Origin: Candidatus Nomurabacteria bacterium
GTDB taxonomy: Bacteria; Patescibacteriota; Minisyncoccia; Phycocordibacterales; UBA1006
Length of the DNA stretch: 64,000 bases
NCBI GenBank assembly: GCA_020632195.1
Contig: JACKGA010000003.1
Location: 3,832-67,831, forward strand
Direction of reading: 5' to 3'
Under the pieces are notes generated by a model that worked only from the letters and a program-made list of their open reading frames with translations, did no database searches and was not told where the DNA came from. Both the position numbers and the translations under genes were made by a program. The stretch's first letter is position 1. The number at the start of each line of letters is the position of its first letter. Positions 9,180 through 18,442 of this stretch are shown in pieces.

Positions 9180-9362
9180 TTACATACTCCAGTCTTCATC
9201 GTCTTCCTCCTCCTCTGTCTCATCGTCTTCGTCGTCGTCATCAAAATCGTCATCCCAATCATCTGACGAATAATCATCATTTCCAGAGAAAACATCATCA
9301 TCTTCATCAAAATCGTCAGAGAAGAAAACAAATGGAAGACTCAATATCATATCAAGTGTCAT
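9180..9362 (-). CDS. Ultra-acidic small protein (60 aa, mostly Asp/Glu)
   Basis: MTLDMILSLPFVFFSDDFDEDDD...; own terminator downstream; the antisense His/Arg-rich ORF was judged a shadow. Confidence 0.5.
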   Translation of the reverse strand: MTLDMILSLPFVFFSDDFDEDDDVFSGNDDYSSDDWDDDFDDDDEDDETEEEEDDEDWSM

Positions 9363-9546
9363 AAGCCTGATACGTGTCTGAACACAAAAAGTATTCAGAC
9401 GCTTTATTAAAAAAATAAATGACTAATCCTTCAGGTTTCGATCATCCTGAAGTTACCGGTATTGTAATATGTACACTATGAACCACAAGTATGTGGGAGA
9501 AAAATATCTGTTGATAACTTGTGCTAAAGAAATTATACTACCTCGT

Positions 9547-10182
9547 ATGGATATTATTGATACATATGCAAAAAAAATCTGGGACTATATGAAAATGAAT
9601 CAACCCCTTGAAAAAGCTGATGCCATCTTTGTGCTTGGTTCCAGTGATATACGCACCGCAGAACGTGCGGCAGAATTATGGCATCAGGGATTTGCGCCTT
9701 ATATCATTTTTTCAGGAAAACATGGAAAAGAACCTTTTTTCAAAAAGACAGAAGCTGAAGTCCTCGCAGATAGAGCTTGTGAAGTAGGCGTTCCTCGTGA
9801 AGTTATGATATTAGAAATGGAGGCGAGAAGCACGGGAGATAATATAATCTTTACCAAAAAATTATTAGCCCAGAAGGGTTTTAATTTTAAATCGTTCATT
9901 CTCATACAAAAACCTTACATGGAACGTCGCACTTACGCTACTTTTGCCAAACAATGGCCAGGAGTTGATTTTATAGTAACCTCGCCACAAATCCCATATG
10001 AAGAGTATGCCCACGACGCCATAAAGAAACAACACTTTATTGAGGGTATGGTTGGTGACTTACAAAGAATACGAGAATATCCAAAGCTTGGTTTCCAGAT
10101 TGAACAAGATATCCCCGATGATATATGGAGTGCATATGAAAAACTTACCGCGTTAGGTTATACGCGCCGATGTATACAATAA
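9547..10182 (+). CDS. DUF218/YdcF-family protein
   Basis: ADAIFVLGSSDIRTAERAAELWHQGFAPYIIFSG pattern typical of DUF218; start moved to the ATG at 9547. Confidence 0.7.
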   Translation: MDIIDTYAKKIWDYMKMNQPLEKADAIFVLGSSDIRTAERAAELWHQGFAPYIIFSGKHGKEPFFKKTEAEVLADRACEVGVPREVMILEMEARSTGDNIIFTKKLLAQKGFNFKSFILIQKPYMERRTYATFAKQWPGVDFIVTSPQIPYEEYAHDAIKKQHFIEGMVGDLQRIREYPKLGFQIEQDIPDDIWSAYEKLTALGYTRRCIQ

Positions 10183-10243
10183 ATCTCAACAGAAAAATTT
10201 ATTCTACTGGAATTATTATGAGATACAGGCTACTATATTCATC

Positions 10244-10807
10244 GTGATTATCGGACTTACAGGGACAAATAGCGCTGGCAAAGGAACTGTTGTCGAATAC
10301 CTCTGTCAACAGAAAGGATTTCATCACTTCTCTGCTCGTGCTTTTATCGCCCAAGAAATTGAAAAACAGGGCCTTGCTCCTACTCGTGACACTATGATTA
10401 CGATTGCCAATCGTATGCGTGTCGAGCATGGTCCTGATTATATTCTCGAGTCACTCTATCAACAAGCAAAAGAAGTCGGTGGCAATGCCATCCTTGAATC
10501 AATCCGTGGCACTGCCGAAGTGGAAGCATTGCGCAATCATGGGGACTTCATCTTGATTGCAGTTGATGCCCCTATCGAATTACGCTATCAACGTGCACTT
10601 AACCGTAAGAGCAGCACTGATCATATGACTTTCGAAGAATTCAAAGACATAGAAGATCGTGAAATGTTCAATGCTACGAATGATCCCTATGCCCAGAACC
10701 TCAAAGGAGTAATCGAAATGGCAGACTCTATCCTCATGAACACAGGAACACCCGAAGAATTATTTGAACAAGTTGAAGAGGTTTTGAATACAGCCAAAAC
10801 CAAATAA
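10244..10807 (+). CDS. P-loop nucleotide kinase, UPF0200/dephospho-CoA-kinase-like (archaeal-type)
   Basis: GTG start; IIGLTGTNSAGKGT P-loop; overall layout resembles the archaeal UPF0200 family. Confidence 0.6.
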   Translation: MIIGLTGTNSAGKGTVVEYLCQQKGFHHFSARAFIAQEIEKQGLAPTRDTMITIANRMRVEHGPDYILESLYQQAKEVGGNAILESIRGTAEVEALRNHGDFILIAVDAPIELRYQRALNRKSSTDHMTFEEFKDIEDREMFNATNDPYAQNLKGVIEMADSILMNTGTPEELFEQVEEVLNTAKTK

Positions 10808-10953
10808 CGTCACCCCCATGAGAATGAAGATCTAAGAGACTGGGCACTTGATGAGGCTTCCACCGAAGCCTGTGCTCGCGAAGACGAATACGCGAATGAC
10901 GCATACTATTGATTTTCTTGCTTGAAACTTGTAACTTGAAACTCGCACCTCTT

Positions 10954-11526
10954 ATGATCATTCACTCATCACAATTCGTCACAGGATATGTCTATGGGCA
11001 GGATACCTGGGATGTAACCATTCCTCAGATTGCTTTTTATGGCCGATCAAATGTTGGAAAATCTTCAACTATCAATGCTCTTCTGGGGCGCAAAAGCCTC
11101 GCCAAAGCATCGGGAACACCTGGTAAAACCAAAGAAGTGAATTTCTTTCTCGTAAACAACACTTTCCATATTGTTGATTTGCCAGGATATGGGTACGCAA
11201 AAGTCTCCAAACCCGAGCGAGAAAAACTAGCTCAGCTCATCACTTGGTTTGCTTTTGAAACGAAGGTAGCACAGCGTATGAATGTGATCGTGTTGGATGC
11301 AAAAGTCGGTTTAACTGAATATGACAAAGAAGTCTTATTTCCTCTTATCGAACAAAGGAAACCCGTCATAGTGCTCGTGAACAAAATTGATAAACTCAAT
11401 CAAAAATCCCGTAACCAAATCATCAAAAATCTCGTTGAGACCTTAGGGGAAAATATTCCCATCATTCCCTTCTCTGCACGCACGGGGAGAGGGGTGAAAG
11501 AATTTTGGGAATATATAGTTGCATAG
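10954..11526 (+). CDS. engB: Ribosome biogenesis GTPase EngB/YsxC/YihA
   Basis: GRSNVGKSSTINAL, DLPGYGY, NKIDK. Confidence 0.85.
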   Translation: MIIHSSQFVTGYVYGQDTWDVTIPQIAFYGRSNVGKSSTINALLGRKSLAKASGTPGKTKEVNFFLVNNTFHIVDLPGYGYAKVSKPEREKLAQLITWFAFETKVAQRMNVIVLDAKVGLTEYDKEVLFPLIEQRKPVIVLVNKIDKLNQKSRNQIIKNLVETLGENIPIIPFSARTGRGVKEFWEYIVA

Positions 11527-11568
11527 ACGAGATGCAGAAAGCATTGGAAATATGCTACACTTTCTCGT

Positions 11569-12360
11569 ATGATTCAATCACTTATTCTTGGCTTTATCCA
11601 AGGCATCGCCGAGTGGCTCCCCGTCAGCTCTGAGGCAATCCTCGTGCTGGTAAACACTCATTTTTTTGGTGGTGTTTTTTTTGATTCAGTACAATATGCG
11701 CTTTTTTTACATCTGGGAACGGTATTGGCTGCAGTAATATATTTTTGGAAAGATATTGTAAAGCTACTGAGACAACTCCCTACCTGGTTTAAAAGCACTG
11801 AAAAAAAGAATCCTGATATTACATTCTATATCGTCGCGACTGGGATAAGTGTTATTATCGCGGCATTTTTCGTGCTCATTATGAAACGTGTTGGCGAACT
11901 CCCAATAACTTCGACGCGCATCATGACGCTTGGTATTGGCGCCCTTCTTCTTGTCACAGCATTTTTACAATGGTTCTCGCGCTCTGGTAGCGGCCCAGAG
12001 AAGGCCGATGCTACCCTGGTAGATGCTCTGATCGCCGGTGTCGGGCAGGGCCTTGCGGCCCTGCCCGGGATCTCACGATCGGGCACAACCGTCGCTTTCT
12101 TGCTCCTGCGCAATATCCAGGCAAAAAAAGCTCTTGAGCTAAGTTTTATTATGAGTATTCCTTTTGTTCTCATCGGAAATATTGCATTGAATATTGGCAG
12201 CACCGTTTGGACATGGAGTGGGTTTGTCGGTCTGATCGTTGCCTGTATCGTTGGACTTGCAAGCATTCATCTTTTCTTGAAAGCAGTTGAAAAGGTTAAT
12301 TTTGCATGGGTGGTCTGTGTATTTGGCTTACTTGTTATTGTGGGTGGTTTTCTATTGTAG
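11569..12360 (+). CDS. uppP: Undecaprenyl-diphosphate phosphatase UppP (BacA)
   Basis: N-terminal LGFIQGIAEWLPVSSEA and SRSG motifs; polytopic membrane protein. Confidence 0.9.
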   Translation: MIQSLILGFIQGIAEWLPVSSEAILVLVNTHFFGGVFFDSVQYALFLHLGTVLAAVIYFWKDIVKLLRQLPTWFKSTEKKNPDITFYIVATGISVIIAAFFVLIMKRVGELPITSTRIMTLGIGALLLVTAFLQWFSRSGSGPEKADATLVDALIAGVGQGLAALPGISRSGTTVAFLLLRNIQAKKALELSFIMSIPFVLIGNIALNIGSTVWTWSGFVGLIVACIVGLASIHLFLKAVEKVNFAWVVCVFGLLVIVGGFLL

Positions 12361-13150
12361 GTGTAGATTCGCGACGCAGCGTACCCTTATAAATAAGAGA
12401 TACAAGAGTAAAACTTACCATCATCAACAAATACCAAGAGCCTATTTTTGAGAACGAGACTAATTCCCAGTGGATATATTGATGTGGATAGAGCCACACA
12501 CTAGTAAGCGTTCCAATATTTTCTGCAATCCAAATAAATAGTGAGATGAGCAATAATCCAACCAATAGCGGCATTGAATGTTTCTTTTTTGAAATAATAA
12601 AATTGACACGAGTCTTCCAAAAAATAACAGCAGAAAATAAAAATAAAAACCATCGGATATCATAGATAAAGTGGTGGGTAATGAAATTTATATACGAAAA
12701 AAACGCAAGAGTAATCGTGTAAATCATCGGTGGATATTTCGAAAAAGAGAGTGAGAAGATGCGCCAAGCACGTGCAATATAGCTACCAACAGAAGCATAT
12801 AGAAAACCTGCAAACAGTGGAACAGTTGCAATCATAAAAAATCCAGATTCTGGATATGTCCAAGAACCAATATTGGCCGAAGTTTTAAAAAACTCCATTG
12901 CTAGAGCAAGAATATGAAAAACCAAAATCACTAATACTTCTTCTTTATACTCAAAACGAAAACTAATAAGGAAAATTTGTATAAGAACCGCAAAAAGAAA
13001 TAAAAAATCGTATCGGGCAATAAAGGGAATATCTACATATGCGGTAAAAATAAGTGCGACAATCATACAAATACCGAAAATTGATGCATCTGCCTGCTTG
13101 AGCCCAAAGAAAAAAATTTCCTTTATAGAACTTTTTATTGTCGATTTCAT
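12335..13150 (-). CDS. DUF817-family membrane protein
   Basis: FFGLKQADASIFG N-terminal signature; about 8 TM helices. Confidence 0.65.
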   Translation of the reverse strand: MKSTIKSSIKEIFFFGLKQADASIFGICMIVALIFTAYVDIPFIARYDFLFLFAVLIQIFLISFRFEYKEEVLVILVFHILALAMEFFKTSANIGSWTYPESGFFMIATVPLFAGFLYASVGSYIARAWRIFSLSFSKYPPMIYTITLAFFSYINFITHHFIYDIRWFLFLFSAVIFWKTRVNFIISKKKHSMPLLVGLLLISLFIWIAENIGTLTSVWLYPHQYIHWELVSFSKIGSWYLLMMVSFTLVSLIYKGTLRRESTPTIENHPQ

Positions 13151-13923
13151 ATATTGAGTATACTTCTGGATTTCGTCTCATCAAGAAAAATTTTTGTTCT
13201 TTCAAGTGTATACACACATGCCCCTATTCCCAACTTCCTACCCAACTCATGTGCCAGCGTACGAATATAGGTTCCCGATGAACATTGCACAGTAAAAGAA
13301 ATAAGATAGTTACTTTCTTGTGCTTGCAACGAGCTCGCCAGACCATGCCACCCCTCTTTGATTTCGCCCTGTCTAAAATCTCCTTGTACCAGGCTCGTAA
13401 GGATTTCAACTCTTTTTAAGACATCTTCCCAAAAGATAGATTGTATTTCAATATTTGAAATATCGTAGATTTCGATTGCTCGTGTGGGAATTTTAATGTC
13501 ATCCAATTTCCCTTCTCTCGCCCATTGCCACAATGGCTTTCCTTCGACGGTTCGCGATGAGTATGGAGGATAGAGTTGATTTTGTTTACCGATAAAGCTT
13601 TTGAGCACCTCAGACACTTCTTGCAACGTGCAATGTGCAACGTGCAACTCTTCTGGTATTCCCAACACATCATAGGTATCCGTACTTATTCCCAGCAACA
13701 CTTCTACTCTGTACTCTTTATCTAATCCACAGTATTTTTCTTTTTCATGTACTCTTTCTCCTGCAAGCACCAGCAACTCACCCGACGCCAAAGGATCAAG
13801 GCGCCCTGCATAGGTCATAGAGATACCAATGTATTCAGGGTTCTTCTCACGAAAACGATTCATGCATTCGAGCGGAGTCTCTCCTTCTTTTTTGTTTAGT
13901 TTGAATACTTTTTTCACGAGCAT
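13147..13923 (-). CDS. truB: tRNA pseudouridine(55) synthase TruB
   Basis: GRLDPLASGELLVL catalytic Asp motif; 4-nt ATGA overlap with the downstream gene. Confidence 0.85.
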   Translation of the reverse strand: MLVKKVFKLNKKEGETPLECMNRFREKNPEYIGISMTYAGRLDPLASGELLVLAGERVHEKEKYCGLDKEYRVEVLLGISTDTYDVLGIPEELHVAHCTLQEVSEVLKSFIGKQNQLYPPYSSRTVEGKPLWQWAREGKLDDIKIPTRAIEIYDISNIEIQSIFWEDVLKRVEILTSLVQGDFRQGEIKEGWHGLASSLQAQESNYLISFTVQCSSGTYIRTLAHELGRKLGIGACVYTLERTKIFLDETKSRSILNI

Positions 13924-14048
13924 TGATAGTACCACTCCTGCTTTCCTCTTTCCACTCACAACTTTTTACTTTTCATTGACATTTCTCCTCAAATCTATAG
14001 TATAGTGAACCGTAACTGCACTTTCAGGGCAGTTTGTTATATTCCCCG

Positions 14049-14684
14049 ATGAGAAAAGCACGAAGAAAACAAAGCCAAGACCTCGGTACTCGTATCAACG
14101 AAGCTATTCGCGCGCGCGAAGTACGTGTGATCGACCCCGAAGAAGGAAATCTTGGTGTCATGTCACGAGATGAAGCAATCAGTCGTGCACGTGATAAAGG
14201 TCTTGATTTGATTGAAATTTCAGGTGATGTAAGCCCTGCAATTGTCAAAATCATGGACTATGGGAAATATCAATATGAACACAAACGCAAACAGCGTGAT
14301 ATTCGCGCCAAAGCAAAAGAAGCACGCGTAGAAGTCAAAGAAGTCCAGATCAAAACAGGGACAGGCGACCATGATGTAGCCATGAAAGCACGACGTGCTT
14401 CCGAATGGCTTCGCGATGGGCAACGTGTCAAGGTGGAACTTTTCTTGCGTGGGCGTTCAAAATACATGGAAAAAGATTTTCTTGAGGGGCGTATTCAAAG
14501 CCTTTTACAGAAAATTACAACTCCTTTCAAAATAGTTGAAGCAATAAAAAAAGTTCCCAAGGGACTCGCCACCATTATTGAACTCGACAAACAAGCCTGG
14601 AAGAAGCAAGAACATACTCAACAAGAAACTCATGACACTTCTGAAGTTACAGAGACTGAAGAGGAGGAATCTGATTCTGAATAG
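14049..14684 (+). CDS. infC: Translation initiation factor IF-3 with acidic C-terminal extension
   Basis: INEAIRAREVRVI, KIMDYGKYQYE, VELFLRGRS; an upstream TTG at 14034 is also possible. Confidence 0.9.
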   Translation: MRKARRKQSQDLGTRINEAIRAREVRVIDPEEGNLGVMSRDEAISRARDKGLDLIEISGDVSPAIVKIMDYGKYQYEHKRKQRDIRAKAKEARVEVKEVQIKTGTGDHDVAMKARRASEWLRDGQRVKVELFLRGRSKYMEKDFLEGRIQSLLQKITTPFKIVEAIKKVPKGLATIIELDKQAWKKQEHTQQETHDTSEVTETEEEESDSE

Positions 14685-14725
14685 ACACCTATTACGATAA
14701 CACTCAATTAATCACATTATATTAT

Positions 14726-14917
14726 ATGGCAAACAAAACGAACAAATCATATACCAAGCGCATCAGCATTTCTAAAAATGGTAAATTAAGTGTGCGCAAA
14801 AAAGGACAAAACCATTTCAATGGTAAGAAATCGGGACAACAGCGTATCGATGACCGATCAACGCAAATACTTGAACTCAAGCCATCTGATAAAGCACGCT
14901 TTTTGCCGCATGCATAA
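14726..14917 (+). CDS. rpmI: 50S ribosomal protein L35
   Basis: Position between infC and rplT; basic 63-aa protein KSYTKRISISKNGK. Confidence 0.9.
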   Translation: MANKTNKSYTKRISISKNGKLSVRKKGQNHFNGKKSGQQRIDDRSTQILELKPSDKARFLPHA

Positions 14918-14955
14918 ATTCGTATTTATTCATTATTTAGTAATTTTTTAAACAT

Positions 14956-15303
14956 ATGGTTCGTATCAAAGGAGGAACAACAGCAAATAAAACACGTCGT
15001 AATATCCTGAAAAAAGTAAAAGGATACCAATTTGGACGTTCGACAAAAGAACGCGAAGCACGCACCGCCATGTATCATGCTGGGAACAATGCTTTTGCAC
15101 ACCGTCGCCGTAAAAAAGGAGACTTTCGCCGCCTCTGGAGTATCCGTATCAATGCCGCATTGCGCCCATTGGAAATATCGTATAGTAAATTTATCGGAGC
15201 ACTGAACAAAAAAGGATTCTCAGTTAATCGTAAAATGTTGCAACAAATCGCCCAAGAAAATCCTGAGTCATTCACACGTATTGTTGAGCAAGTGAAAGGA
15301 TAA
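14956..15303 (+). CDS. rplT: 50S ribosomal protein L20
   Basis: MVRIKGGTTANKTRRNILK...; conserved operon order. Confidence 0.95.
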   Translation: MVRIKGGTTANKTRRNILKKVKGYQFGRSTKEREARTAMYHAGNNAFAHRRRKKGDFRRLWSIRINAALRPLEISYSKFIGALNKKGFSVNRKMLQQIAQENPESFTRIVEQVKG

Positions 15304-15313
15304 ATTCTATTTT

Positions 15314-15337
15314 AAAAAACCCCGAGAGGGGTTTTTA
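15314..15337. terminator. Bidirectional intrinsic terminator
   Basis: aaaaaacccc-gaga-ggggttttt. Confidence 0.7.
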
Positions 15338-15377
15338 TTTTTGTTGGGTGACTTCATGGGTTTATCTTATAAATTTA

Positions 15378-15695
15378 TTAAGCGAATGCCAATACATAAA
15401 AACACACTGCAGGTACCGCACTTAGAATAAAAGCTATCAAAACTATAACCAAAGATTTTATCTTTACTAATTTTGCTATAAAAAATAAAATGAGGCTAAA
15501 AATAAAAAATAGGAGAGCAAAGCCAATAAAAGTAAAGGTCGTGGTGTCAAAATAATTAATGCAAAATACATTAGATGGACATTCTCTCATGGGGACTGAA
15601 AATGAAATTATTCTCAACGCCCCAGCAAGAAAAAGAGTGGCTACACTGGGAATAAGGACTTTCCATTTTTTATCTTTGGTTTCTTGATCAGTCAT
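15378..15695 (-). CDS. Small multi-TM membrane protein (hypothetical)
   Basis: Three hydrophobic helices; start moved to MTDQETKDKKW, 5 nt after the upstream stop. Confidence 0.5.
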   Translation of the reverse strand: MTDQETKDKKWKVLIPSVATLFLAGALRIISFSVPMRECPSNVFCINYFDTTTFTFIGFALLFFIFSLILFFIAKLVKIKSLVIVLIAFILSAVPAVCFYVLAFA

Positions 15696-15700
15696 ATTGT

Positions 15701-16147
15701 TTAAACCACATGAATCACAATAAACAATACCATAGGAATTCCCCAGATTATCCAATCAATAATCCCACGCAACCAGCGCTGATCATATTTGACCCTATCA
15801 AGATAAAACTCTTGGAAGGCAAAATAAGCAAGCAATGCAATAGGGAGAATCAGACTCCACGGTGTCCCGACAAAATAATCAATCACAAGGGCAAGCGCCC
15901 AAAACATAATACCAAACCAAAGGTTAAGAACTTCGCGCCAGATAAAAATCCTCCAACACTTCATATTGGGCATGCGACCGAGCTCGGCTTCACATTTCCC
16001 ATAGCGATACGAATATGCACGATCAAGATACAGCTTTTCTCCTTGCTCATTCGTTTCAGTAAAAGGATACGTACGCTCTGCAATACTGCCCATGATGTCA
16101 CGCATTTTGAAAAGAAGTGTTTTTGAGTTGTAATCATTTGTTTTCAT
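15701..16147 (-). CDS. Membrane protein: ~70-aa soluble N-domain plus 2-3 TM helices (hypothetical)
   Basis: 148-aa ORF starting 20 nt after the LOG-like gene. Confidence 0.55.
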   Translation of the reverse strand: MKTNDYNSKTLLFKMRDIMGSIAERTYPFTETNEQGEKLYLDRAYSYRYGKCEAELGRMPNMKCWRIFIWREVLNLWFGIMFWALALVIDYFVGTPWSLILPIALLAYFAFQEFYLDRVKYDQRWLRGIIDWIIWGIPMVLFIVIHVV

Positions 16148-16167
16148 ACGTCTATTATACCACGATG

Positions 16168-16740
16168 CTATGATGCGTCACGCAAAAGTTTTACTCTCTT
16201 GATCATTTGCTCGACAAGGCGGTATGGATCAGTATCGATAATGACATGCTCATAGTCAGGATAATGCTCTTTGAGCATATTCTCCAGTACCTCATCTGTC
16301 TCCCACGGACCTTCGAGGATACCAATGGGCTTCCCTTCTTGTATCGCAGTGACACATTCAAGGACGGAGCTCATACCACCACAACCAAAAATAATCGCAT
16401 CCGATGAACGTAAAGACAATACACTCGCGCCAGAGGTGCCGAAACCCGTATAAATAACATGATGAAATCCATCGACGGGAAGCTTAAAGATGTCACCATG
16501 CTCACGAGCGCTGGTGGCAGGAGAAAAAGCAATGGTCGTCGCGCCCTCACGAGCGGCAGCAAGTGCAACCCACAGCGGAAAGCCTGTGGTAGAGATACTC
16601 ATAATCCCAAGCCCTTTTTCAGCACACGCTTTGCCAAGTACTTTACCGATATCAAGCGCTTCAGGCGGACATACGATAGTAGGGCTTGGAGAACCTGAAA
16701 TACAGAAAGTCATAGTATCTTGAATATTTTTCATAGACAT
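16168..16740 (-). CDS. LOG/TIGR00725-like Rossmann protein (SLOG superfamily)
   Basis: GCGGMSSVLECVTAIQEGKPIGIL resembles LOG PGGxGTxxE...P; the first Gly-rich motif is degenerate (STTGFPLW). Confidence 0.55.
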   Translation of the reverse strand: MSMKNIQDTMTFCISGSPSPTIVCPPEALDIGKVLGKACAEKGLGIMSISTTGFPLWVALAAAREGATTIAFSPATSAREHGDIFKLPVDGFHHVIYTGFGTSGASVLSLRSSDAIIFGCGGMSSVLECVTAIQEGKPIGILEGPWETDEVLENMLKEHYPDYEHVIIDTDPYRLVEQMIKRVKLLRDAS

Positions 16741-16784
16741 AGTATATCAGAAAATTAAATAGCTATCCTTGCGACCCAGCAAAA

Positions 16785-18182
16785 CTAGTGAGTATCCTTC
16801 TTTTTAAGAGAAATAATGTTTCCTTCTTCTGGAACAACCGCTTTCACCCCGAGATAGTCTTGGAGTCGCTGCGCCAAAAATGTGGATGAGCTGGTTTCTC
16901 CCATCACACACCATACGGTTTTGAGTGTATCGCGATTCTGGGCAACAAAATCAATCAGATCATCACGCTGCTTGTGTCCAGAATATCCAGAGATGGTTTC
17001 AATCTGACATTGTACAGGTATCGTTTCCCCATATATCTTTACTTGCTTGGCACCATCTTGAATGATGCGCCCCAGTGTCCCAGCTGCCTGGAAACCGATA
17101 AAGACAAGCGTGTTTGCTGGATCACTGAGGTACTGCTTTTCATGATACAAAATACGTCCTCCATTACTCATCCCCGATCCTGCAATCACAATTTTTGGAC
17201 CCGTCATATAATTGATGCTTTTGGATGCATCAATGCTCTCGGTCATGCGCAGTCCTGGAAAATCAAAAATATCATCTCCCGCATCAATTTGGGCGCGTGT
17301 TTCCTTATTGAAAAAGTCATGCGATTGTCGATAAATATCTGTTACCCTGATAGCCAATGGTGAATCAAGAAGCACAGGAACGTGTGGAATATGTTCTTTT
17401 TCTACAAGATTATTGATTTCAAAAAGAAGCTCTTGTGTTCGCTCGAGTGAAAATGCTGGGATCATGACGGTACCCCCACGATGAATGGTGTCTTCAAGAA
17501 TTTGCTCTAGGACCTCCGAGCGAATCTCACGCTGATCATGATTGCGGTCACCGTACACACTTTCCATCAAAAGATAATCGAGTTCAGGAGGTATTTCAGT
17601 ATCATTGAGGAGTGGGGCTGGGCTATTCCCCAAATCTCCCGTAAGCAACAGACGATTTCCTCCCCAATCCAAGCACACCATCGCTGAGCCCAGCACATGC
17701 CCAGCATCGTGTAGTGTCACCACCAAATCATTACTCAGATGCAGCTCGTGATGATAATCCTCTGTTTTCCAGAGTTCAAAAGTTTTTTCAATATCACTGC
17801 GTGAATAGAGTGGCTCGGGGAGATTATGCTCTTGGGCATAGCGCGCTACATGCTCAACCGCATCATCAAGCATGAGACGCGTGAGGTCACGCGTGGGGCG
17901 TGTCGAGTAGATCTTCCCTCGGAAACCATCTTTTATGAGCTTGGGGAGGCGACCAATATGATCACTGTGCGCATGTGTGACGAAGACGACATCAATGTCT
18001 GATGGGTCATAGGCGAAAGGCTCGTAGTTCTTCTTTTCATCTTCATCGCTCCCTTGGCGTGCACCACAGTCAATCATGATTTTGATCTGGTCATCCCAGA
18101 GGACAAAATTGGCACCCGTGACTGATCCTACTCCTCCATAAAAACCAAGATGTATATTTTTGTGAGATATATTTTGTGACAT
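16785..18182 (-). CDS. MBL-fold beta-CASP ribonuclease (RNase J/CPSF-like)
   Basis: VTHAHSDHIG metallo-beta-lactamase motif, HDAGHVLGS, beta-CASP-length insert, C-terminal GHKQ region. Confidence 0.85.
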   Translation of the reverse strand: MSQNISHKNIHLGFYGGVGSVTGANFVLWDDQIKIMIDCGARQGSDEDEKKNYEPFAYDPSDIDVVFVTHAHSDHIGRLPKLIKDGFRGKIYSTRPTRDLTRLMLDDAVEHVARYAQEHNLPEPLYSRSDIEKTFELWKTEDYHHELHLSNDLVVTLHDAGHVLGSAMVCLDWGGNRLLLTGDLGNSPAPLLNDTEIPPELDYLLMESVYGDRNHDQREIRSEVLEQILEDTIHRGGTVMIPAFSLERTQELLFEINNLVEKEHIPHVPVLLDSPLAIRVTDIYRQSHDFFNKETRAQIDAGDDIFDFPGLRMTESIDASKSINYMTGPKIVIAGSGMSNGGRILYHEKQYLSDPANTLVFIGFQAAGTLGRIIQDGAKQVKIYGETIPVQCQIETISGYSGHKQRDDLIDFVAQNRDTLKTVWCVMGETSSSTFLAQRLQDYLGVKAVVPEEGNIISLKKKDTH

Positions 18183-18217
18183 ATAGAGTAGTTATGTATT
18201 CAATTATAGCATAGAAC

Positions 18218-18245
18218 GAAAAAAATCCCTTCAGGGATTTTTTTC
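18218..18245. terminator. Intrinsic terminator (bidirectional) 36 nt upstream of the RNase start codon
   Basis: aaaaaaatccc-ttca-gggattttttt. Confidence 0.7.
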
Positions 18246-18248
18246 GTA

Positions 18249-18373
18249 GCAACAGCGATGCAATGAAGAGATTAGCGTAATCTCAGGTGGGGGCTCGGAG
18301 GATAGCATTACACTAGCCAAACGTTAGCTCCCAATCATTAAGGTGTTCTAATTCCTTAAGGTACCGCTGCCAC
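18249..18373 (-). ncRNA. Candidate structured RNA (unclassified leader, 3' UTR element or sRNA)
   Basis: Minus-strand 9-bp closing stem GUGGCAGCG/CGCUGUUGC needs G-U pairs that exist only on this strand; internal hairpins UUAAGG-n10-CCUUAA and GAGAUUA-CGC-UAAUCUC. Confidence 0.3.
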
Positions 18374-18442
18374 TTCTTTCATTATATCATACTTATCAAA
18401 AGTGCAAATTTTTGAATATTTGAATGAATAAAGATGAGGTAT

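Noticed and set aside
9173-9364. Plus-strand His/Arg-rich 63-aa ORF
   Set aside because: It is the mirror frame of the poly-acidic gene. No promoter or upstream gene context exists on the plus strand, whereas the minus-strand ORF fits the terminator-promoter layout.
14034-14048. TTG-initiated longer form of infC
   Set aside because: It is possible, because IF-3 genes often use unusual starts, but an in-frame ATG at 14049 gives a normal N-terminus. It is noted in the feature rather than called.
18249-18373. Possible SRP (4.5S) RNA or TPP riboswitch
   Set aside because: The plus strand has UCAGG...AGCA, reminiscent of SRP helix 8, but the intervening GGGGGCUCGGAGG cannot form the required GNRA-capped stem. 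The minus strand has ACCUGAGA followed by a hairpin, reminiscent of TPP, but it lacks the GGGG...GCUGAGA and GCGnAGGGA elements. It is kept only as an unclassified candidate.
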